A DNA stretch of 64,000 bases from an uncultured Gemmatimonadales bacterium (GTDB taxonomy: Bacteria > Gemmatimonadota > Gemmatimonadetes > Gemmatimonadales > GWC2-71-9): contig CAWJMT010000003.1 of the NCBI GenBank assembly GCA_963844035.1, positions 192,001-256,000 on the forward strand, given 5' to 3'. The notes under the pieces were generated by a model. The model saw only the letters and a list, made by a program, of their open reading frames with translations. It did not search any database and had not been told where the DNA came from. Below, piece after piece: positions 51,700 through 64,000 of the stretch (the first letter of the stretch is position 1; the number at the start of each line of letters is the position of its first letter). A program made the translations under genes and the position numbers.

Positions 51700-54013
51700 T
51701 CAACAAGTAGCCCCTCCATCCTCTACCGTGATCGCTAGTGAGGCGGAGACCTGGCTCCCATCCGCCGATGTCACGCTGACGGTGAGAGAGAAATTATCGA
51801 GAACGGAGACGCCGTACGTGCTGGGGCCACTCGTGTTGTCCACGACACTGCCTGACATCCAGCTGTAGGTGTACGGTCCCGTGCCACCCGTGGGCGTGGC
51901 CGTCCAACGGCAGACCTGATTGGTGGAAACCGAAGTTGGGCCGCTGATAGCAACCGACGTGATGGGGTTCCCCACCGCAGCCGCGGGTGGGCGCGGCTCC
52001 GCCTGCGGCTGACCCGTACCGGAGCGCCGTCCGCGATCCTGCGGTGGGGACGGCGGGGGCGGGGGTGGTGCCGCTGGCGCCGCTGCCGGGGGCTGCGCGG
52101 GCGTCACCGGGGGTGCTGGCGGACGCGGCTCCGGTTGCGGCCGGCCGGTATCGGGGCGCCGTCCGCGCTCCTGACGTGGCGGCGGCGGGGGTGATGGGTT
52201 CGCAGGCGGCGCTGGCTCCGCCGGCAGCATCGGTGGAGTGGGGAGCGGAGGATCCGCCGGGCGATCAGCCGGGCGCCGTCCGCGATCGTTGCTGGGCGGC
52301 GGTGCAGGCTGCTCGCTCTCCTGCCGGTCATCCCGTCCCCGTTGCCCGCCGCGATTGTCGCGGTCGTATTGGTCATTCCCGCGGCCCCCTTGCTCCCGGT
52401 CTGGCGCGTTGTCGGACCAGCGCCGGTGGTCGTCGGGGGTCACGGGATGAGGCTCGGGCAGGCCTCGGCGTGCCGGTCGGAGATCAGGCCCGCCGCCTCG
52501 GGTGGCGGAGCGTACCGGCCGGTTCTGCGGTGGTGGATTGCGGTCGCGCAATGTGGCGAGCGTCGCTTCATCGAGCGGCCGGCCCGGATTGCGCTGCAGG
52601 GCGCGCTCCCGCACGCTGAACGGCATCGGCGGAGGCAGGGGGCGTTCTGCGCACCACCAGCCGCCGTGTCACGTTGTTCTCCGGGGGGAGTCGCACGGGG
52701 CGGCCGGACGATCGCAGCACACTCTGACGATTCGGCGCGAAGGGCGCGGCCGTTCCCACGATCGGCGCGCTGTTCAGCCGGTTTCGCGGCACCACGATGA
52801 GGCTGCGGCCCACGGGGCGTCCACCCACGAACGTTTCGCGCGTGACCACGGTGACGCCACCCGGCGCCGCACGGTTGCGATACCTGATGCTCGTCATGTC
52901 GGCGAGCGTGAGTGAGGTGACGTTGACGGTCGTGCTGTTGATGTTGCGCAGGTAGCGGTCGCTCACGCGGTACACCGGGTAGTAGGCTTCGCCGGGACCG
53001 AGCGGGAACCAGCCCACGCCGCCGCCGACGCCCACGCTGATGCTCCAGTTGGAGCCGCCCACGAACGCGACCAGCGCCGGTGCGTACACTGGTCGCGCCA
53101 CGACGCGTCCGGGCACCCACGCCCAGCCCCGCCCCGTGTGGACCCAGCGTCCGTAGTGGTACGGCGCGAACCCCCAGGGCAGGTCGTCGATCCACGTCCA
53201 TCCCCACGGGTCCACCCACGCCCAGTGTCCGTTGCGATACGGCGCCCATCCCGAGGTTACCCGGCGCGGCGTCCACACCGGCCCGTACTCAGCTGACACG
53301 CTCCACACGCCGTATTCGTCCAGGTCCTCGTAGCCGGGCATGTCGGGGGAGACCCAGCGTGCCGACGGGCTTTCATCGCGGCGACGGTCGCGCCCCATGC
53401 CCCAGCTCTCCCACGTGTCCGGCGGGCGCGGAACGCGGACGTCATAGTAGGGCGCATCAAGTCCGGCCAGGGTGGCGGTCTCGCCCGCGTCCACCGAGAA
53501 CCAGGAGCCGCCCGCGATCAGGTCTGCCTCGCCTTCGCGCACGGTGACGGTGGTGGCATTGCCGGTGGCGTTCACGTCCACCCGGTACGTGCCAGGCACC
53601 AGCACCGACACCGCGCCGTTCGGCGTGTCGATCTCGAACGTCTCGTCGTCCGCGAGGTAACGGACGCGGATCTGGAGGGAGCCTTGGGTCAGACGCAGCT
53701 GGGTGAGCTGGTCCTCGAGCGCCAGGAAGCCGAAGTCGGTGGACGGGGCCAGCCGCAGCGTCGTCGGGCCGATGGTGATCTCGACCCGCCCGCCGACGTC
53801 GGACCAGAGGTCGTCGCCGGTCGTGAGCGGATAGTTCAACGGGGCGTTGTCCCAGTCATCGAGGCCGCCGGGCCGCAGTGACACCGGGCCGCTGATGAAG
53901 CTCACCCGGCCGACCCGTTCCGGCGGGTCCTGCGCGGCCGGCGAGCCCGTGATGCCAACGATCAGGAGCAGTGCCGGGGCGAGTGCGGGCAGCACGCGGC
54001 GTGCGATCTTCAT
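51700..54013 (-). CDS. FecR / DUF6600-like exported protein with Pro-rich tail and Ig-like C-terminus (frameshift near 52630)
   Basis: RVGRVSFISG, FEIDTPNG, DLDEYGVW, WAPYRNGHW, PWGFAPYHYGRW; tail GGTGPYTYSW. Confidence 0.8.
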
Positions 54014-54148
54014 GGCGGTCTCCAGAGTGGTGTTCGGCGGTGCCTACGATAAGCGTCTGTACAGTGAGAACCAACCCGCGCACCGCGCCGATGTTCCCGC
54101 GGGAGGTGGGCTCGCCCTTGGCGTATTAGCTTGGTAGTGCTTGGCTGC

Positions 54149-54222
54149 GCGCCCGTAGCTCAGGTGGATAGAGCAGCAGCCTTCTAAGCTGTTGGTCGGA
54201 GGTTCGAGTCCTCCCGGGCGCA
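54149..54222 (+). tRNA. tRNA-Arg (anticodon UCU)
   Basis: GCGCCCG/CGGGCGC acceptor stem, GCAGC-CTTCTAA-GCTGT anticodon arm, GGTTCGAGTCC T-arm. Confidence 0.95.
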
Positions 54223-54403
54223 CTCCTCGATACGTCCGCCGGACCCCGTGCGGGTGTGATATGTCTCACGCCGCGTTCTTCCTTCATCAAATGACACGGG
54301 CAACTTCTCCGAGCGCTGGGGTCGTAACAACACTGACGCGCCGACGTCCAACAGGCGATTTCAAGCCTTCGTCGGTGGACTCACAAGCCAAGGAGTGTCC
54401 GTC

Positions 54404-55301
54404 ATGACGTACTCTCGCGCAGTGTGGAGCATCTCGGGACTCGCCGTCGCGCTGCTGTTGGGCGCCGGCGCGTGCGCCACCGACGGCACCGACCCGACGC
54501 CGTTGGTTCTGACGCAAGCCCAGGCCGATAGTCTCGCTGAACACGTGGCGTTCGATGTCGAAGACGAAAACTCCGGCGCGACGATGACCGGATCGAGCGG
54601 GAGCCGGTGCCGCCGCGTCGTTCGCCGGGCTCGGGCCGCTCGGATTGATGCACTGCGCGCCCACAAGGACCCCGGCGTCGCCCATCGACTCCGACAGCTG
54701 ACGGCGTGGCGGACTCGGTGCGGATCGACTTCACCGGCGTGCGTGTTGTCGTTCTTCTTCGAGACCGACACGGTGCGCGGCACGATTGACGTCCTCGATC
54801 CGACCACGCTCGTCGCCGACCATTCGGTGGAGCGGATCTTCACATGACGTCGCCCGCGTGCGCGTGCATACCCTCTCGGGGAAGGTCACGTCGGAAACGC
54901 GCAACGGGACGCGCACTCACGCGTCGGGATGCGACGACGCTCGAGAACAGCGAGACGAATTTCCGGACCGACTACGTATTCCGAAACGGCGCCACGGCCA
55001 CGCACGTGAAGACGTGGACCTCGACGCTTCACGGCCGACGTGGCGGGTGCGATCCAGCCGGAGCAAGCCGTTGCCCTCGGGCACGTGGAACATCGGCGGC
55101 ACGTCGTCCTGGACGCGCGGGGCCGCGACGTATTCTCTGACGGTGACGACGAGCCCGGCGCTGCACTACAACGCGAGCTGCACGGCGGCACCACGGTTCG
55201 ACGCCGGCACGGTGGTCATCGTGGTGATGCGGGGCGGTCGCAGCGCGACGGTGACCATCGAGTTCACCGCGTGTGGCGAGTTCACCACGACGCGCTCGTA
55301 A
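54404..55301 (+). CDS. Hypothetical Thr-rich lipoprotein (several indels)
   Basis: AAGGAG RBS; GAGAC lipobox; beta-rich pieces in three frames, ending TIEFTACG. Confidence 0.65.
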
Positions 55302-55429
55302 CGGCCGGAAGACGAGCAATGGAGGGCCCGGCTGGGAAACCAGGCGGGCTCTCGCGTCTGGGGGACCCGGTGGTGGCGCCCGGCAAAACGGGGGCTGGTT
55401 GAGGGCGTATCTTCAAGAACGAGACCCCC

Positions 55430-55459
55430 TTGACTCAGGTCCACCGGCCCGGTTAGCAT
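55430..55459 (+). promoter_or_regulatory. Putative rRNA operon promoter
   Basis: TTGACT, 18-nt spacer, TAGCAT, then a GC-rich discriminator. Confidence 0.55.
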
Positions 55460-55489
55460 TGGCGTCTCGCTACGAGTTTTTCGTGTAGC

Positions 55490-55501
55490 AGCTCTTTGAG
55501 A
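55490..55501 (+). promoter_or_regulatory. Leader boxA antitermination site
   Basis: AGCTCTTTGA, repeated in the 16S-23S spacer. Confidence 0.75.
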
Positions 55502-55643
55502 ATTGATGATCGAGCGTGTGGAGTGCGGCCCCGATTGAGCGGTGCGTGGTCAGACACGTGCCGTGAGGGGTTTGACTCTGAATTGTGATAAACGGACGAC
55601 ATAGTACCAGTCGTTCTGTTCGAGCTGTTCGAACTACTTCTAA

Positions 55644-57192
<1,549 letters not shown>

Positions 57193-57279
57193 GGAATGCC
57201 GAGTAAGCTCCGATCGCAAGATTGGGGATCGAAAGGCTTCTGGTGTCGCCCGCACTCTCCACACTCGATCATCAAGACT

Positions 57280-57344
57280 TCAGGTGTCAGGTTTCAGGTT
57301 TCAGGTGTCAGGGTTTTTCTGACACCTGACACCTGACACCTGAA
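57280..57344. repeat. Heptamer tandem-repeat hairpin in the 16S-23S spacer
   Basis: (CAGGTKT) x4, T-rich loop, (CTGACAC) x3. Confidence 0.9.
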
Positions 57345-57356
57345 CACCCGCAGTTC

Positions 57357-57368
57357 AGCTCTTTGACA
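57357..57368 (+). promoter_or_regulatory. Spacer boxA
   Basis: AGCTCTTTGACA upstream of 23S. Confidence 0.75.
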
Positions 57369-57422
57369 ACTGATGAGTGGTGTGTTGTAGTGTCGAGGAA
57401 TCACCACTGAGAGAGCACTTGA

Positions 57423-60399
<2,977 letters not shown>

Positions 60400-60450
60400 C
60401 TTCTCGGTGCTCCCGAGTGGATGAAGCCTCCGACACTACGACACACGCTT

Positions 60451-60522
60451 GTCAGGTTTCAGGGGTAGGTGTCAGGTGTCAGGGTTTTTTCCCTGGCACC
60501 TGACACCTGACACCTAACACCT
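60451..60522. repeat. Second heptamer tandem-repeat hairpin in the 23S-5S spacer
   Basis: CAGGTGT-type units, T6 loop, CTGACAC-type units. Confidence 0.9.
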
Positions 60523-60531
60523 CGATCTTTT

Positions 60532-60647
<116 letters not shown>

Positions 60648-60655
60648 GTTCTCAA

Positions 60656-60696
60656 GAAGCCCGCTCCAGGAAACCGGAGCGGGCTTCGTGTTTTTA
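60656..60696 (+). terminator. rRNA operon intrinsic terminator
   Basis: GAAGCCCGCTCC/GGAGCGGGCTTC 12-bp stem followed by GTGTTTTT. Confidence 0.85.
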
Positions 60697-60767
60697 TGTG
60701 ACTTCCGTCACGCTCGCAGCCCGCCCCAGATTGGGGCGGCCCCACCCTGTTTCCTATATTAGCCCCC

Positions 60768-63700
60768 ATGCAGCGGGCCGAAATCCTCGATTTCCTGCAG
60801 CACGTGGGGCGGGACCCCTCACGCCTCATCTTCGAGGACGAGCTGACTGGCGTCCATAACCGCCGCTTCCTCCATAGCTACCTCGAGCACAAGGTCCACT
60901 GGTCCACCGGGGCCGACTACCCCCTCTCGCTGCTCATCCTCGACCTCGACCGGTTCAAGGACATCAACGACACCCACGGGCACGCCACCGGCGACCAGGT
61001 GCTCACCTGGGTCGCCGCAGCGCTGCGCGATGTCGCGGCGGACGGGGGACTGCCGGTGCGCTTCGGTGGGGATGAGTTCATCGTGCTGCTGCCGCGCACC
61101 GACGCCGTGGGCGCGCGGGACATGGCGGCCCGCCTGCTCCAGCGGGTCAATGACCGGCCGTTCCGGCTGCGCGACGCCGGCGTGACGGTCCCCGTGACCC
61201 TGAGCATCGGCATCGCCACCGCCCCCACCGACGGGGCCAGCAGCCGGGCGCTGCTCCAGGCCGCCGACACGGCGCTGTACCACGCCAAGCAGTCGGGCCG
61301 GAACCAGGCGGCGGCCGCCGCCGAGGTCGATCCCAAGAAAGTCTTTCCACGCACCGCCTTGCACCGGCTCCTCGCCTCCGGCATCGCGGGGCGCGACGCC
61401 GAGCTCGGCGCCGTCTCCGAGGCCCTCATCGCCCTGAGTCGGGGCCAAAGCCAATTCGTCATCCTCGAGGGAGCCCCGGGGATGGGGAAGACCACGTTCC
61501 TCGAGACGATCACCCGCAACCTGAGCGGGAACGCCGGATTCGCCGTCGCCCAGGTGGGGGGTGATCCCCAGGAGGCGTACCGGCCGTACTACACTCGCGA
61601 CCCGCCTGCTCGTCGCACTCCTCAACCGGCGCGAAGACAAAGGCGCGGCGCTGCTCCAGAGCCTGAGCGCCGAGGACGTCGCGTATCTCTCCCACATCGT
61701 GCCGCAGGTAGGGGAGGGGGCGACTGCCGCGCCCCCGGCGGACGAAGCGCTGACGCGACAACGCATCTTTTCAGTCCTCGGCCGCTTCGTACCCCGCGTC
61801 GTTGATGGACGCCCCCTCGTCGTGATCATCGACGACCTGCACCTGGTCGACGAGGCCAGCCTCCTGCTGCTGCGCGCGCTGCTCCAGAGCCGCAAGCTCC
61901 CGCTGCTCGTGTGCGGGGCGACGCTTGAGGCCCTGTCCCTGAACCGCGAGGAAGAAGCCCCGCCGATCGAGCGCTTCGTCGCGAGCCGCGGCCGGGAGCT
62001 GGGGATTCGCCAGCTGCGGCTCGGCGCCCTCAGCGCGGAGCACATCACCGATTATCTCCGGAGTGTGTTTCCGAACCTGCGGATGCCGGACGGCTTCGAC
62101 GCGGAACTGGCGCGCGTCACGCAGGGGAATCCGCTGTTCCTCGGAGAAATCATCCGCAAGCTCGTGGCGGACCGCAAAGTCACCTTCGTCGGGCCGGAGT
62201 GGGTGATCGCCGAGATCGAGACGGGGTACCTGCCAAACTCGCTCGAAGGGATCGTGCGCGAGAAGATCGCCGCGTTGGACGCGGAGGGCCGGCACCTGCT
62301 CGAGCAGGCGGCGGCGCTCGGCGAAGGCGTCCCGGTGAGCGTGCTGACGGGAAGCTCGCAGCTCGACGAGAACCAGGTGCTCCGGTTCCTCGACCGGGCA
62401 GAAGCGCTCGGACTCGTGAGCCTCGATTTCCAGCGGAACGACGACGTCATGCGGTTTCTCGGCAAGCGCGTGCTGGAGATCAGCTACGGGGCGATCGACG
62501 AGCCCAGGCGCCGCGCGTTGCACGAGAAGGTCGGCGCGTACCAGGAAAACCTGTACCAACAGCGGACGCTCCCGTCGGCGTCGCTGCTCGCGTATCACTT
62601 CAAGCGCTCCGCGAATCAGGAAAAGGCGCAAGCGTATGAACGCGCGCAGCGGGCGTACGCCCAGACACTGTTCGACCCCGAGGAGGCGGCGCGCTACCCG
62701 ACGGAGCTGCTGGAGGAGGAGGCGGAGCCGGAAGGGCGGCTCGCTCCCGAGACCGTCGCGCTGGTCCCCAACATGGTGCGCGCCCTGATCATGGCAGTGC
62801 GCAGCATCCAGCTCTATCCCCCGGAGAGCAAGGCGATCCCGCAGGCGCGTCATGTACTGCATCAAGGGCTCGAGGAAGTGTTGCGGCAGAGCGCGTGACT
62901 GCAGTTATCGCAGGAGCGCCGCGCGCTGCTCGCCAACGGCCAGCGTCTCGAGGTGTCGGACTGGACCGCGCTCGCGGAATCGCTGCTTGAGCTGCTCGAT
63001 CGCTTCGAGCTCCAGAGCCTCACGTTCCAGCGTGGCGTGGAAGAGGCGGAGCTCCGGACGCTGCTCGTCGCGCTCGCGAGCACCAAACCCGAAAGCATCA
63101 CTCCGGGGTTCTGGAAGACGATGGCGCTCGAGCACGCGCTCAAGCACATCCAGCCGCAGCAGGTGCGCTACGCCAACGTCGTGCGCGCCCGGGGCGCCGC
63201 AGGACGGCGGGCGGCCGGGGAGGAGGAGCGTCTCGATGCGCAGGACCTGGCCGAGATCCCCAAGATCCTTCGCGCCCTCCAGGCGACCGCCAAGGCGGTC
63301 AGGCTCTATCCCGTCGAGAGCGAGCCGGTCGCGCGGGCCGTCGAGCAGTTTCACGCCAGCCTGCAGGACGTGCTGTTCCGGCGGCAGACGCTGACCCTCG
63401 CCTGCGCCGGGCACGCCCTGCTGGGGAACGGCGCCCGGCTGGACACCGCGGGATACGAACGGTCGCCGGTCCCGTGGTCGAATTGCTCGACGGGGCGGGG
63501 CTCGAGAGCGTGACGTGGTTCGCCGGCGTGCCGTCGAGCGAGATGGCGGTATTCTTCGGCGCCCTGCGCGACCTGCCGGCATCGGGTGCGGACGCACGGT
63601 TCTGGGACGCCCTGGTCCGGGACAAGGGCCTCACCGGCCTCGCGTTCAATCATCGCAAGTACGCCCGCGGCGTGGTGGACGGGTTGCTGGCGGAAGGCGA

Positions 63701-64000
63701 AGTCGAGGGAGACGTCACCGAGGCCGACAGCGACGCCGCCGCGGTCGATCGGCTGTCGGAGGAACCGATGGAGGCGCTGCGGCAGGCGCTGCCGCAGTTC
63801 GGGAAGGATCTGCTCGTAAAGGGTGAGCATGCGGTGCTACGCCGCCTGCTGCGCCGGCAGTTCCAGGAGTTCCAGAGCCAGGATCCCGCCTGGCCGCGCG
63901 AAGACGGTGCAGGCGTGCCGCGCGCTGATGGACCGGCTGATCCTGGGAATGCAGCACAAGTTCGCGGAGATCGCGGCGGAGTTCGTGCTGCCCGCGCTCG
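60768..64000 (+). CDS. Large GGDEF diguanylate cyclase + STAND/AAA-type ATPase + two copies of an unnamed domain (indels near 61590 and 63460, in-frame TGA at 62896; runs off window)
   Basis: DELTGVHNRR, DLDRFKDINDTHGH, RFGGDEF; GRDAEL, Walker A GAPGMGKT, Walker B IIDDLH, TQGNPLF. Confidence 0.85.

Noticed and set aside
46869..54148. Active prophage or integrative element between the tRNAs
   Set aside because: No integrase, transposase or phage genes, and no att repeats visible by eye.
55322..55353. GAAA-tetraloop hairpin as an ncRNA
   Set aside because: Short single stem 20 nt after a stop codon; most simply a terminator-like structure.
57280..57344. CRISPR array
   Set aside because: 7-nt tandem units with no unique spacers, and no cas genes in the window.

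Overview
This is a high-GC bacterial chromosomal window. The 16S sequence, gene order and protein families suggest Gemmatimonadota (Gemmatimonadales-like); this is an inference, not a database result. Many single-base indels break essential genes (pcrA/uvrD, gatC, rimP, ribF, secD, secF), which is best explained by uncorrected long-read errors, so several long ORFs in the track are artefactual chimeras. Core content is serS, an orphan histidine kinase, pcrA, gatCAB, murA (Cys-to-Asp type), pgeF, the rimP-nusA-L7Ae-infB-DUF503-rbfA-truB-ribF-secDF-tatD-ridA-selC run, envelope genes, tRNA-Sec/Pro/Arg and a complete tRNA-less 16S-23S-5S operon. Small accessory patches follow gatB, selC, tRNA-Pro and tRNA-Arg. 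The most notable observations are: (1) an outer-membrane beta-barrel fused to an NlpC/P60 domain lacking its catalytic Cys, coupled to a PDZ protein, which is a candidate OmpA-analogous membrane-peptidoglycan tether; (2) an unnamed ~130-aa domain shared by an HD-GYP phosphodiesterase and, twice, a giant GGDEF-STAND-type ATPase; (3) translated palindromic octamer repeats, plus heptamer hairpins in both rRNA spacers; (4) a recurring TANNNT box 6-9 nt before start codons (leaderless-type) and probable CUG starts. No CRISPR array, integrase or transposase was seen.
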